From the NCBI GenBank assembly GCA_045649045.1, contig JAZRPF010000007.1, positions 1-60,854 of the forward strand: a stretch of 60,854 nt of DNA. The letters are read 5' to 3'. The number at the start of each line of letters is the position of its first letter. The stretch's first letter is position 1. A program made the position numbers and the translations under genes. Below are positions 18,821 through 29,982 of the stretch, piece after piece. The stretch is from Eubacteriales bacterium. GTDB lineage: Bacteria > Bacillota > Clostridia > Oscillospirales > CAG-272. Below the pieces are notes generated by a model, which was not told where the DNA came from, searched no databases, and saw only the letters and a program-made list of their open reading frames with translations.

Positions 18821-19900
18821 ATGTTGACCAGTGAAATGATTAAGAAAGTCGCACTTGAGGCGGGGGCAGATGCGTGTGGCATCGCGCCGATTTCACGTCT
18901 TGCGGGCGCTCCCGACGATATGAATCCGAAATTTTTGTTTCCCGAAGCCAAAAGTGTGATTGGATTCGTCTTTAGAATTCCGCGCGGTGTTCAGCGCGGA
19001 ATCGAGGAGGGGACGCAGTTTTATCAATATCCGTCGATGGCATACGGCGGAATTAATGAAATTTTTGCGCCCGCTGTACTTTACCACGTTGGCAAGCTGA
19101 TTGAGGACGAGGGGTATGAAGCGTTTGTTTACCGAAACACGGGTGCGCGCGGTAGCGTGTCCGATATGGACGGAAGTCCCGGAAATACGCTCTCGCCTGA
19201 GGAGCAGATTGAGATCAATGAGAACGCAAAGACCTCGACTGCACATCATAGAAGTGTACAGTTTACTCGTCCGACGAGAGAGGATAACGTTGCGCCCGAC
19301 CTGCAATTCCAATTTCGCTTGGTTGCTGTTGCCTGTGGACTTGGTGAGATCGGTTGGAGCAAGATGCTCCTGACCCCCGAGTTTGGTCCGCTTCAGCGAG
19401 TGGCATTCCTCTTTACCGATGCTGAGCTTGAATACGATGAGATGTATCACGGCGAGCCGCTTTGCCGAAAGTGCGGCGCGTGTGTTCGGGAGTGTCCCGG
19501 TGGATGTATTCCCGCAATTAATTCGGGGAAGACGGTGACGGTCAATCTTGACGGCAAGATCTGCGAGTGGGGTGACATTGATATGTGGCGTTGCTATGCA
19601 TTTTATACCCACACAGGCAGATATTATAATCCCTTTGTTCCCAAGGAAGTGTTTGACGCAAATGAGAACGGAAACCTCGATTTGCTCGAGGGGAAGACAG
19701 ACGTTGCCGACGAGCAGGAGATTGTGAAGGTCTACGGCGCGTTGCAAAAGTATTTTCCAAGCTGGGTCGGCTACAATATGGCAAAGTGCGGCGGATGCAT
19801 CCGCGGATGCGTCTCAATGCTCGAGAAGAAGGGCGGATGTATGGAGAATCGCTTCCAAGAACCGCTTCGTACGGGCAAGCCGTGGAAACTTGACAGATAA
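18821..19900 (+). CDS. QueG/reductive-dehalogenase-like 2x[4Fe-4S] protein, paralogue A
   Basis: GADACGIAP, AVACGLGEIGWSKMLLTPEFGPLQR..TDAEL, CRKCGACVRECP, KCGGCIRGC. Confidence 0.85.
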   Translation: MLTSEMIKKVALEAGADACGIAPISRLAGAPDDMNPKFLFPEAKSVIGFVFRIPRGVQRGIEEGTQFYQYPSMAYGGINEIFAPAVLYHVGKLIEDEGYEAFVYRNTGARGSVSDMDGSPGNTLSPEEQIEINENAKTSTAHHRSVQFTRPTREDNVAPDLQFQFRLVAVACGLGEIGWSKMLLTPEFGPLQRVAFLFTDAELEYDEMYHGEPLCRKCGACVRECPGGCIPAINSGKTVTVNLDGKICEWGDIDMWRCYAFYTHTGRYYNPFVPKEVFDANENGNLDLLEGKTDVADEQEIVKVYGALQKYFPSWVGYNMAKCGGCIRGCVSMLEKKGGCMENRFQEPLRTGKPWKLDR

Positions 19901-19917
19901 GAGAGAGGAGAAAGAGA

Positions 19918-20817
19918 ATGCTTACGAGTGAGATGATCAAGCAAAAGGCAAGAGAGCTCGGCGCGAGCGTTTGTGGTATCGGCAGAGTCTACGACGAGCC
20001 CGACGCGCAGAGAGATCCCCGACAGATTCTTCCGAAGGCAAAAGCCATCATCGGCTTTGGTTTTGTTGTTCCGAAAACGCTTTTTAACACGATGAACCGA
20101 GATGTACAATATTATACTTATACCACATTGGGTGTCAAATATCCCGATGAGGAGCTGGCAGAGATCTTTCTGCTCAAGATCGGTGGTATGATAGAGGATG
20201 CGGGCTACGATGCCTGTCTTCAAAAATCAGTTCCCAATCTTCGCATCAAGGGAGATAAGACGACCAATCCCGAGGTAATGGACACCTATGAGCTGATTCA
20301 TGCGACGGCAGTCGCTCCCGGAAAGCCTGTTCCTGACGTGATCATTGATTTCGGCAAGGCTGCAGAGGCATGCGGTATCGGACAGAGAGGCTTGAGTGGC
20401 AAGATTCTCAATGAAAAATACGGTCCGTATATTCGTTACTGCTTCATTATTACCGACGCGCCTCTCGACTTTGATGTGCCGATTTGCGAGCCGATCTGTG
20501 ACGGTTGTGGAGAATGTATAAAAGCTTGTCCCGGAAAGGCGATTGATGAAAATGGCATTGACACATGGCAATGTTCGGTGTACTATAAAGGTGCGCATAA
20601 ATCCAATCCCTTTATGACCGAGGATTTTTTGAAGGATGATCCCGAACGTGAGTTAATCATCAATGGCGAGAAGCGTTTTGACGCGCATAGTGCCCGTGAG
20701 ATCTACCCCAAAATGAAGTTTTTGCCCGACACGCAATGGGGATATTCGGCTTGTCTTTGCGGCAGAGCTTGTGATTATGCTTGCTATCAACATCTGATCG
20801 GAGGAAAGAAGAAATGA
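19918..20817 (+). CDS. QueG/reductive-dehalogenase-like 2x[4Fe-4S] protein, paralogue B
   Basis: AEACGIGQRG..YGPYIR..ITDAPL, CDGCGECIKACP, CLCGRACDYAC. Confidence 0.85.
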   Translation: MLTSEMIKQKARELGASVCGIGRVYDEPDAQRDPRQILPKAKAIIGFGFVVPKTLFNTMNRDVQYYTYTTLGVKYPDEELAEIFLLKIGGMIEDAGYDACLQKSVPNLRIKGDKTTNPEVMDTYELIHATAVAPGKPVPDVIIDFGKAAEACGIGQRGLSGKILNEKYGPYIRYCFIITDAPLDFDVPICEPICDGCGECIKACPGKAIDENGIDTWQCSVYYKGAHKSNPFMTEDFLKDDPERELIINGEKRFDAHSAREIYPKMKFLPDTQWGYSACLCGRACDYACYQHLIGGKKK

Positions 20818-21752
20818 GAGATAGAATCATAGCGCTTGCTAAGAAATGCGGAGCCGATCTCGTCGGATTTGCTCCGATTGAACGCTTTGGCAACGATTCG
20901 GTCGTTGGTCGTCTGATGCCCGAGGCAAGGACGGTGATCGGACTTGGCTTTCGTGTGCTTCGCGGTATTTACCGAGGTGTAGAAGAGGGAAGTACGTATT
21001 ATCAGTATACTACCATGGGCGTGGAGAATATGGAAGAAACCGTTATGCCAATGGCAACCGTGAGAATTTCCATGATGTTGGAGGAAGAGGGCTATTCGGC
21101 GCTTCCTCAACGCCGCCATCAGCAGATTATGGCAGAGGAGAACTCTACCAATCCCGAAGTGGCATTTGATGCGATTTATCGCAACCGACCGCAGGAAAAC
21201 CAAATGAATTTTTCCGAGGCGGCGGTGCTTTGCGGTCTTGGCGAGATCGGCTTTCACGGTGCTCTGTTGACGGACGAGTTCGGTCCTTTTGTTCGCACCT
21301 GCTTTATTCTCACCGATGCCGAATTTGAAGCAACTCCGATCAAAGAACCCCATCTGTGCGACCGTTGCGGTGAGTGCGCGAAGGGTTGCCCCGGTAAGGC
21401 GATTGCCGAGGACGGCAGCGTCGACGCATGGCAGTGTGCCGTCTACTATAACGGCGCCAACGGATTGAAGAATCCCTTTATGCCGCCCGATGCATTCAAG
21501 AATTTTGAGGACAGAGTTGCTATCATCAGCGGAGAGGCAAAGGTAACTCCCGAGAAAGCAAGAAAGATTTTGCAGAATATATATTTTTATCCGCCCGCCA
21601 CGCATGCCTATCAGTGTTCAATCTGTGGCAGAGCGTGCGACGTGAAGTGCTATATGCACCTTGAGGAGAAGGGTGTATTGACCAAGAGCTTCAAGACCCC
21701 TTTCCGCAAGCGTGACGAATGGAAATTCAAAATCGAGGACTTTGAATCCTGA
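20814..21752 (+). CDS. QueG/reductive-dehalogenase-like 2x[4Fe-4S] protein, paralogue C
   Basis: ATGA overlap with B; GADLVGFAP, AVLCGLGEIG..FGPFVR..LTDA, CDRCGECAKGCP, CSICGRACDVKC. Confidence 0.85.
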   Translation: MRDRIIALAKKCGADLVGFAPIERFGNDSVVGRLMPEARTVIGLGFRVLRGIYRGVEEGSTYYQYTTMGVENMEETVMPMATVRISMMLEEEGYSALPQRRHQQIMAEENSTNPEVAFDAIYRNRPQENQMNFSEAAVLCGLGEIGFHGALLTDEFGPFVRTCFILTDAEFEATPIKEPHLCDRCGECAKGCPGKAIAEDGSVDAWQCAVYYNGANGLKNPFMPPDAFKNFEDRVAIISGEAKVTPEKARKILQNIYFYPPATHAYQCSICGRACDVKCYMHLEEKGVLTKSFKTPFRKRDEWKFKIEDFES

Positions 21753-21854
21753 AAAGAGAGGCAAAGAAGATTACTGAAATCATCAGAAAGAATAACGAAA
21801 CGCTCGCTTCCGTGGATGGCGAGGTCTTTGCGCATTCTCGGTGCTGTGGGGGCT

Positions 21855-22238
21855 ACCGACCGCTTTGCTCAGATGTCACAAATGTATGAGGACGAGTAGG
21901 CAGAAAAGAAAAAGCTTGCCGAAACAATTCGTACAGAGATTGAAGCGGGCAAGCAGCAAACGGACGATATTGAAAAGTTTATTGCCAAGGTTAAGAAGAT
22001 AACTGAGGTTAAGGAGCTTACTCCCGAACTTGTCCACGAGTTCGTTTCCAAAATCGTCGTCCACGCTCCGTACCGTAAAGATAAACGCAGACATCAGCAG
22101 ATCGATGTGTATTATCACGGTGTCGGCATCGTCTATATCCCCACAGCAGAGGAGATAGAGGAAATGTTCGAGGAGCATTTGGAAGATATTAAATGGCAAC
22201 GAGAACAAGAAGTTAATATAAAAGAGAAAACGGCATAA
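21855..22238 (+). pseudogene. C-terminal DUF4368-like remnant of a TnpX-type large serine recombinase
   Basis: Reads TDRFAQMSQMYEDE*AEKK…IEKFIAKVKKITEVKELTPELVHEFVSKIVVH…HQQIDVYYHGVG; in-frame TAG at 21897; catalytic domain absent. Confidence 0.8.
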
Positions 22239-22335
22239 CCGAAATCTCGGTTACACCGTATCTCATTCTTAGAAAGGGCACTCTTGGGCTATCCTACCTG
22301 CTTTATGGTAGGTAGCCCAAGGGAGCTTTTTTCTT

Positions 22336-22412
22336 TGGCCTACCCGACAGGATTCGAACCTGCGACCTCAAGAGTCGGAGTCTTGCGCGCTATCCAGCTG
22401 TGCCACGGGTAG
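22336..22412 (-). tRNA. tRNA-Arg(CCG)
   Basis: CTACCCG/CGGGTAG acceptor stem, anticodon arm CAAGA-CTCCGAC-TCTTG, GGTTCGAATCC T-arm, encoded CCA. Confidence 0.97.
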
Positions 22413-22582
22413 ATACACAGAAAGAGTACTTTTCTAGTATAGCACAAATTTGACTTTTTGTAAAGAGGGATTCGCTCATTTCATCAATAATTTTTGATGC
22501 TTTTTAAGGGTAGCCTGTATAAAAACAGGGAATACTGATACCAAAACTCTTCACATTCAATCGAAATTGAAGAAATGGAGCG

Positions 22583-24217
22583 ATGATGGATCTACTCTTG
22601 CTACTCGGCGGACTTGCACTTTTTCTATATGGAATGCAAATGATGAGCGCAGGTCTTGAAATGGCGGCGGGCAACCGCATGAAGCATATTCTCGAACGGC
22701 TTACGGCAAACCGTTATCTTGGCGTGCTTGTCGGTGCCGCCATTACCGCGTTGATCCAATCCTCATCCGCCATGACGGTCATGGTCGTCGGCTTTGTTTC
22801 TTCGGGCATGATGACGCTGAATCAGGCTGTTTGGCTGATTATGGGTGCCAACATTGGTACAACCATTACGGGACAGCTGATTGCGCTCGATATCGGTGCT
22901 ATTGCACCTCTTCTTGCATTTGTCGGCGTTGTGCTTGTGGTTTTTATCAAGCGCGCAAGTATCAGACATTACGGGCAAATTATAGCAGGCCTTGGAGTGC
23001 TCTTTATCGGCATGGGCATGATGAGCGATGCGATGAAGCCTCTGCATGATTCCGAGGCATTCACGACGGCGATGACACGCTTTCAAAATCCCTTTTTGGG
23101 AATTCTTGTCGGCGCACTTTTTACAGCTGTGATTCAGTCCTCATCTGCCTCTATCGGTATTTTGCAGGCATTGGCGCTTTCAGGGGCAATTGGACTGTCG
23201 AGTGCCGTTTATATTTTGTTTGGGCAGAATATCGGCACCTGCATCACCGCACTTCTTGCCTCTGTCGGTACGACGCGCAACGCAAAGCGCGCCACCGTCA
23301 TTCACTTGCTTTTCAATATCATCGGTACGGCGATTTTTACCGCACTTGCCATTCTGACACCGCTCACCGATATGGTTGCGGGACTGACACCCCAAAATGT
23401 AGCCGCGCAAATTGCCAATATGCATACAATTTTTAATATTACCACAACTGTTTTGCTTCTGCCCTTTGGCAATTTGCTTGCAAAGCTGGCAACGCGTATA
23501 TTGCCCGAGCGCGAGGCGGAAGTGAGTGAAGGGCATCGGCTTCTTTATATCCCACCGCTTGATAGCAAAGCAGAATACAGAATCGGTCATTCTGCTTTGG
23601 CAGTGAACGGTGTTCGCCGCGAGCTTATGCGTATGGCAGAGATGACCGAGGAGAATATATCGGCTTGCTTTCTTGCAATTGAAGATATGAAGGCAAGCGA
23701 ATTTCAGGAAATGGAAAAAAAAGAGGAATATCTTGATTATCTCAATCTTGAGATTGCCAAGCATATTTCAAGGTGGATTGCCTATGAGACAAATGAGGAA
23801 AATTCCACCAAATTCAGTGCTTATTTTAAGATAGCCGCCGACCTTGAACGAATCGGTGACCATTCTATCAATTTATGTGGCTATACAAGTCGCCTGAAAG
23901 AGAAGGGAATTGCGTTTTCCGAGGCGGCGTGTGGCGAAATTCGTGCAATGAGGACAATCTGCATGAGAGCAATGTCATTTATTCGCGATATTGACACAAT
24001 GAGTACAGAAAGACTGAATGAATTGAATGCTATTGAAGAGGAGTTTGACGGGATGACCGAGGCGTACCGTCAAAATCAGCTTGAGCGGTTACAGAGCGGA
24101 AAATGCTCGGACGAGGCGTGTATTCTGTATTCTGAAATGCTGACCGACTTTGAGCGTATCGGCGACCATATCTTGAATATCGGTCAGGCATTGGCCGGAA
24201 AATATGAGTCACGCTGA
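22583..24217 (+). CDS. Na+/phosphate cotransporter with PhoU-like C-terminal domains
   Basis: Two IQSSSA motifs, GANIGTT / GQNIGT, DLERIGDH and DFERIGDH. Confidence 0.93.
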   Translation: MMDLLLLLGGLALFLYGMQMMSAGLEMAAGNRMKHILERLTANRYLGVLVGAAITALIQSSSAMTVMVVGFVSSGMMTLNQAVWLIMGANIGTTITGQLIALDIGAIAPLLAFVGVVLVVFIKRASIRHYGQIIAGLGVLFIGMGMMSDAMKPLHDSEAFTTAMTRFQNPFLGILVGALFTAVIQSSSASIGILQALALSGAIGLSSAVYILFGQNIGTCITALLASVGTTRNAKRATVIHLLFNIIGTAIFTALAILTPLTDMVAGLTPQNVAAQIANMHTIFNITTTVLLLPFGNLLAKLATRILPEREAEVSEGHRLLYIPPLDSKAEYRIGHSALAVNGVRRELMRMAEMTEENISACFLAIEDMKASEFQEMEKKEEYLDYLNLEIAKHISRWIAYETNEENSTKFSAYFKIAADLERIGDHSINLCGYTSRLKEKGIAFSEAACGEIRAMRTICMRAMSFIRDIDTMSTERLNELNAIEEEFDGMTEAYRQNQLERLQSGKCSDEACILYSEMLTDFERIGDHILNIGQALAGKYESR

Positions 24218-24361
24218 AAAAATTTCGATAGAGTCTTGTATTTTTGATATCTTTGTGGTAAAATAATACAATAGAATATGACAAAGCAGAAGGATGCTTT
24301 GATAGAAATGAATTTCATCACGGCAAATATGAATTTGCCGTGATGAAGAACGGAGATTGAT

Positions 24362-26314
24362 ATGGACAAGAAGAAGTTTTATATGACTACTGCCATTGCA
24401 TACAGCTCAAGAAAGCCGCACTTTGGCAATACATACGAGGTCATCATGACCGATGCCCTCGCACGCTTTCACCGTCAGATGGGCGAGGATGTCTTTTTTC
24501 TGACAGGCACTGACGAGCACGGACAAAAGATTGAAGAGCTTGCAAAAGAAGCCGGCATCGAGCCTCAGGCATATGTTGACGGTGTGTCAGGCGAGATTCG
24601 TCGTATTTGGGACTTGATGGGTGCAAGCTATCAGCATTTTATCCGCACCACAGATGCTTCGCACGAAAAGGCTGTCAAGGGAATTTTCAAGCGTCTTTAC
24701 GACAAGGGCGATATCTATAAAGGACAGTATGAAGGCTGGTATTGTACGCCCTGCGAGTCCTTCTTCACCGATGTGCAGGCAAAGGACGGCAAATGCCCTG
24801 ATTGCGGCCGCCCTGTGCAAAGAGCAAAGGAAGAGGCATATTTCTTTGCAATGAGCCGTTATGCAGACAGACTCATTCAGTATATTGAAGAGCATCCCGA
24901 AATGATTGAGCCTGAATCCCGCAAAAAAGAGATGCTGAACAACTTTTTGAAGGCAGGCTTACAGGATCTCTGCGTTTCCCGTACCTCGTTCCGTTGGGGT
25001 GTCCCCGTCGACTTTGATGACCGCCATGTCATTTATGTCTGGATAGATGCCCTCTCAAACTATATCACTGCACTCGGCTACAATCCTGAAAAGTCCTACG
25101 AAGAGCAGAGCGAGCACTTCCGTCACTATTGGCCTGCTGATGTGCATATCATCGGTAAGGACATTCTGCGCTTCCATACAATTTATTGGCCGATTCTTTT
25201 GATGGCGCTCGACCTTCCGCTTCCCAAGAAGGTCTTTGGGCATCCTTGGTTCAATTTCGGTGCGGATAAGATGTCCAAATCACGCGGCAATGTGGTCTAT
25301 GCAGATGAGCTTGCCGACATTTTTTCGGTGGACGGCGTTCGCTATTATGCCTTGTCCGAAATGCCTTATGCAAATGACGGCAGTATCACCTATGAGGGTG
25401 TGATTGCTCGCTATAATACCGACCTTGCCAACAATCTCGGCAACCTTGTCAGCCGTACACACGCCATGACGATGAAGTATTTTGACGGTGTTGTGCCTGC
25501 TTGCAGTGCGCTCGACGCACTTGATGAGGATTTGCGCGCTACCACTCGCTCGGCTATCAAGGCATCTCGCGAGCAAATGGAAAACTATCATATTGCCGAT
25601 GCCTTGGCATCTATCTTTGAGATGCTGCGCCGCGCCAACAAGTATATTGATGAGACAACTCCTTGGATTCTTGCTAAAAACGAGGCAGACAAGGAAAGAC
25701 TCGGTACGGTTCTTTATCACCTCTTGGAAACAGTCAGAATCGGTGCAGTTCTGCTCTCTCCCTTCATGCCTGAAACGGCAGAGAAAATTTTTGCACAGCT
25801 TGCAACCGATAAGAAGGATTATTCGACTGTTTCGGACTTTGGTGCGCTTGAAAGCGGCTTGAAGCTTGGCGAGGCGTTCACGCTCTTCGCACGCATTGAT
25901 GAAAAGAAGCTTCTTGATGAAATTGCTGCTCGTCGTGCAAAGGAGGAGGTTGCTTCGGTGACGGATGAGGTTGCAGAGGAAACACCTCATGAGGCGGAAA
26001 TCAACATTGACCGCTTCGGCGAGATTGAGCTTCGCACGGCAAAAATCCTTGCTTGTGAGCGCGTTCCCAAGGCAAAGAAGCTGTTAAAGCTTCAAATTGA
26101 CCTTGGCTATGAGCAGCGCCAGATTGTTTCGGGCATTGCCAAATTCTATGAGCCTGAACAGTTAATCGGTAAGAAGGTTGTCGTTGTGGCAAACCTTGCG
26201 CCTGCAACGCTTTGCGGCGTTGAAAGCCGTGGTATGCTGCTTGCATCGGGCGAAGAGCAGGTGCGCGTGGTATTTCTTTCCGATGATACGCCTCTCGGCG
26301 AACGGGTACATTAA
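24362..26314 (+). CDS. metG: Methionine--tRNA ligase
   Basis: HFGN (HIGH), GTDEHG, YVWIDAL, KMSKS, C-terminal tRNA-binding domain. Confidence 0.98.
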   Translation: MDKKKFYMTTAIAYSSRKPHFGNTYEVIMTDALARFHRQMGEDVFFLTGTDEHGQKIEELAKEAGIEPQAYVDGVSGEIRRIWDLMGASYQHFIRTTDASHEKAVKGIFKRLYDKGDIYKGQYEGWYCTPCESFFTDVQAKDGKCPDCGRPVQRAKEEAYFFAMSRYADRLIQYIEEHPEMIEPESRKKEMLNNFLKAGLQDLCVSRTSFRWGVPVDFDDRHVIYVWIDALSNYITALGYNPEKSYEEQSEHFRHYWPADVHIIGKDILRFHTIYWPILLMALDLPLPKKVFGHPWFNFGADKMSKSRGNVVYADELADIFSVDGVRYYALSEMPYANDGSITYEGVIARYNTDLANNLGNLVSRTHAMTMKYFDGVVPACSALDALDEDLRATTRSAIKASREQMENYHIADALASIFEMLRRANKYIDETTPWILAKNEADKERLGTVLYHLLETVRIGAVLLSPFMPETAEKIFAQLATDKKDYSTVSDFGALESGLKLGEAFTLFARIDEKKLLDEIAARRAKEEVASVTDEVAEETPHEAEINIDRFGEIELRTAKILACERVPKAKKLLKLQIDLGYEQRQIVSGIAKFYEPEQLIGKKVVVVANLAPATLCGVESRGMLLASGEEQVRVVFLSDDTPLGERVH

Positions 26315-26315
26315 G

Positions 26316-27119
26316 ATGCGCTATATTGATACCCATGCACATTACTGGGACAGGCGTTTTGAGGAAGAATACGGAAAAGAGGGTGTCGACCAGATGATTG
26401 ACACCCTCTTTCAAAGGGAAGGACTGCTGGCGGCTATCAATGTCGGCACATCCCCCGAAACATCCCGCCTTGCCTTAAGACAAGCCTACCGCCATCCGCA
26501 TATGTATGCGGCGGTGGGCATCCATCCCTCTGATGCACAGGAGATTACCGATATTGACAAGGCTCTTGCGGAGATTCGCACCATGCTGGGTGATTCGCGT
26601 GTTGTGGCACTCGGTGAAATCGGACTTGATTATCACTACGAGCCAACCGACCGCGCATTACAGCTTGATGTTTTTCACAAGCAGATGGCAATGGCAGAGG
26701 AATTTGACTTGCCTGTTGTCATTCATGACCGCGAAGCACATGGCGACTGCATGGATGTCATTCGGGCATATCCGCGCGTTCGTGGCGTTTTTCACAGCTA
26801 TAGCGGCAGTGCAGAGATGGCAGAGGAGCTATTACGGCATGGCTATATGATTTCCTTTTCAGGCACAGTAACCTTTAAGAATGCCAAGCGCGTGGCGGCG
26901 GTTGCTGAATCTCTGCCACCCGATAGGGTATTTGTCGAAACCGATTGCCCCTATCTGACACCCCACCCCTATCGCGGAAAGCTCAATCATTCAGGCTATA
27001 TTCCTTATACGGTTGCCGCCCTTGCGGATATTTACGGCATGACACCCGAAGCCTGCTCGAGACAAACGGCGGAAAATGCCGTGCGCTTCTTCGGTTTAAC
27101 CGAAATTCAGTTGGATTGA
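26316..27119 (+). CDS. tatD: TatD family hydrolase
   Basis: IDTHAH, GIHP, GEIGLDY, HDREAH, ETDCPY. Confidence 0.93.
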   Translation: MRYIDTHAHYWDRRFEEEYGKEGVDQMIDTLFQREGLLAAINVGTSPETSRLALRQAYRHPHMYAAVGIHPSDAQEITDIDKALAEIRTMLGDSRVVALGEIGLDYHYEPTDRALQLDVFHKQMAMAEEFDLPVVIHDREAHGDCMDVIRAYPRVRGVFHSYSGSAEMAEELLRHGYMISFSGTVTFKNAKRVAAVAESLPPDRVFVETDCPYLTPHPYRGKLNHSGYIPYTVAALADIYGMTPEACSRQTAENAVRFFGLTEIQLD

Positions 27120-28420
27120 CAGTTGCAGGGGAAGGGGCTGACCGTATCAAAGAGCTGATGCAGAATCAGCCAGAACTGCGGAAAATATTTCATCATATTC
27201 CATAATCCTGCACCCGATAAGCCAAGCTCGTGAATCAGATCGAGCTTGGCTTTGATGCTTCTTCCGTCCTCAAAATAAACAATATGCTCGGCGGCGGGGG
27301 AGACACTTGTATCATAATAGCGATAATAGGGTGACTCTGCCTCATTGTCATATTCAATCCGTGCATGAACCTCGCTTGCACGATTGACAGCCTCTACGCT
27401 TCCAAGACTGCGTGCGCGTGATACGCCCGCCTCGTAGGGCAAGGTCCAATCATAGCCGTAGGAGGGGATTCCCAATGTCAACTTTGAATCGGGAATGCGT
27501 GTCTTGGCATATTCTGCAACGCGCCTGACCTGCGGAAGCGGTGCCACAGGCATCGGCGGGCCGTATGTATAACCCCATTCGTAAGTCATCAGCCGAATGC
27601 CGTTGACCGCTTCACCAAGCGAGGCATAGGGATGGCCTTCATAAAGAATACCGCTTTGATTGTCGGAGTATTTGGGCGCGACGGCAGCAAAGACACACCG
27701 TTCATCTTCGCAAAGAATCTGCCTTGTATTATCTACTAAATTTGCATAACTTTCAGCGAGCTCGGCAGGCACATATTCAAAGTCAAATTCAACGCCTGCA
27801 TAGTTCCTTTCGCGGAGCTGGCGGCGCAGATCATCAACCATTCTGACACGCGTCGCGGGATTGGAAAGAATATCGCGCGCGGCGGCACTGCTGAACCCGC
27901 CCCGCTCGGAGAGATTTGTCAATAAAAGAATGGGTGCGACGCCGTACTTGCGTGCCTCGGCAATCAAGATGTCGTCGTCGGGCATGAGAAGCCTTCCCTC
28001 TGGCAGGACTCGCGCCGAAAAAACGGTCAGATAGGTGAGATAGGGAAGTGTGCGACGCAATGTGCCGATATTGATACCGGGATAGGCGTAGCCGTTCACC
28101 GACAGCGCACCGTACGCGGGGGCAGGATAATCAAGAGTGAGAATCTGTCCGGGATAGAGTGCGTCCTCGCCGCCGAGCACGGGATTGTTTTGAAATAGCG
28201 TGCGAAGGGGTATTCCGAATTTTGCTGAAATTGAGGAGAGGGTATCGCCCTGACGGACGGTGTAGGTTCTTGTGGGAAAGAGGAGGACAAGCGTTTGCCC
28301 GACAACCAGTCGGTCGGGTGTGGTGAGGTCATTGTCTTCAAGAATCTTTGTCGGTGTCGTGTTGTACATCTTGGCAATCGAGTAAACCGATTCGCCGGGT
28401 TGTACGGTGTGAATAATCAT
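27107..28420 (-). CDS. LysM x2 + GH18 spore germination protein (YaaH/SleL/YdhD-like)
   Basis: IIHTVQPGES, YTVRQGDTL, GVEFDFEY, MTYEWGYTYGPP. Confidence 0.9.
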   Translation of the reverse strand: MIIHTVQPGESVYSIAKMYNTTPTKILEDNDLTTPDRLVVGQTLVLLFPTRTYTVRQGDTLSSISAKFGIPLRTLFQNNPVLGGEDALYPGQILTLDYPAPAYGALSVNGYAYPGINIGTLRRTLPYLTYLTVFSARVLPEGRLLMPDDDILIAEARKYGVAPILLLTNLSERGGFSSAAARDILSNPATRVRMVDDLRRQLRERNYAGVEFDFEYVPAELAESYANLVDNTRQILCEDERCVFAAVAPKYSDNQSGILYEGHPYASLGEAVNGIRLMTYEWGYTYGPPMPVAPLPQVRRVAEYAKTRIPDSKLTLGIPSYGYDWTLPYEAGVSRARSLGSVEAVNRASEVHARIEYDNEAESPYYRYYDTSVSPAAEHIVYFEDGRSIKAKLDLIHELGLSGAGLWNMMKYFPQFWLILHQLFDTVSPFPCNCQSN

Positions 28421-28539
28421 GGCATATGTCCTTTCTTTGAAGTTGGGTGAGGATGCCCAAAAACAGTATATGCCATTTGGTGATATGTGTGAGGGAATCA
28501 CTTGCATGAAAGGGGGAAAAATGGGTATCCTTTCCTTAA

Positions 28540-29835
<1,296 letters not shown>

Positions 29836-29837
29836 CA

Positions 29838-29869
29838 TAAGAAAACCGCCCTTTCGGGCGGTTTTCTTA
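29838..29869 (+). terminator. Intrinsic terminator after eno
   Basis: aagaaaaccgccc-tttc-gggcggttttctt. Confidence 0.8.
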
Positions 29870-29918
29870 TGTTCATCCTCAAGTGTTCATTTCTCAATCT
29901 CAATGCATTAATTTTTTG

Positions 29919-29947
29919 TTGACAAAATTGGTAAGTTATGCTATAAT
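29919..29947 (+). promoter_or_regulatory. Sigma-A promoter
   Basis: TTGACA-N17-TATAAT, with TG extension. Confidence 0.8.
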
Positions 29948-29982
29948 CAAGTATATAAATTATATATGCGATGGAGGAAAAG

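Larger units (their letters stand above)
16247..22317. mobile_element. Defective integrative element (TnpX/Tn4451-like large serine recombinase type) inserted in the tRNA-Arg terminator loop
   Basis: CAAGGG duplicated at 16241-46 and 22318-23; removing the insert restores the AAAAAAGCTCCGCAAGGGAGCTTTTTT hairpin; inverted CCATAAAGCAGG (16254-65) / CCTGCTTTATGG (22297-308); DUF4368-like remnant at the right end. Confidence 0.85.

Noticed and set aside
18821-21752. Respiratory reductive dehalogenases (rdhAB)
   Set aside because: No Tat signal and no RdhB anchor, and the proteins are short; only superfamily-level similarity is supportable.
21876-22208. Minus-strand ORFs from the track
   Set aside because: Shadows of the plus-strand recombinase remnant.
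15905-22355. Classical tyrosine-integrase island with attL/attR at the tRNA 3' end
   Set aside because: No tyrosine integrase; the insert junctions map to CAAGGG in the terminator loop, and the tRNA 3' copies belong to the tandem repeat.
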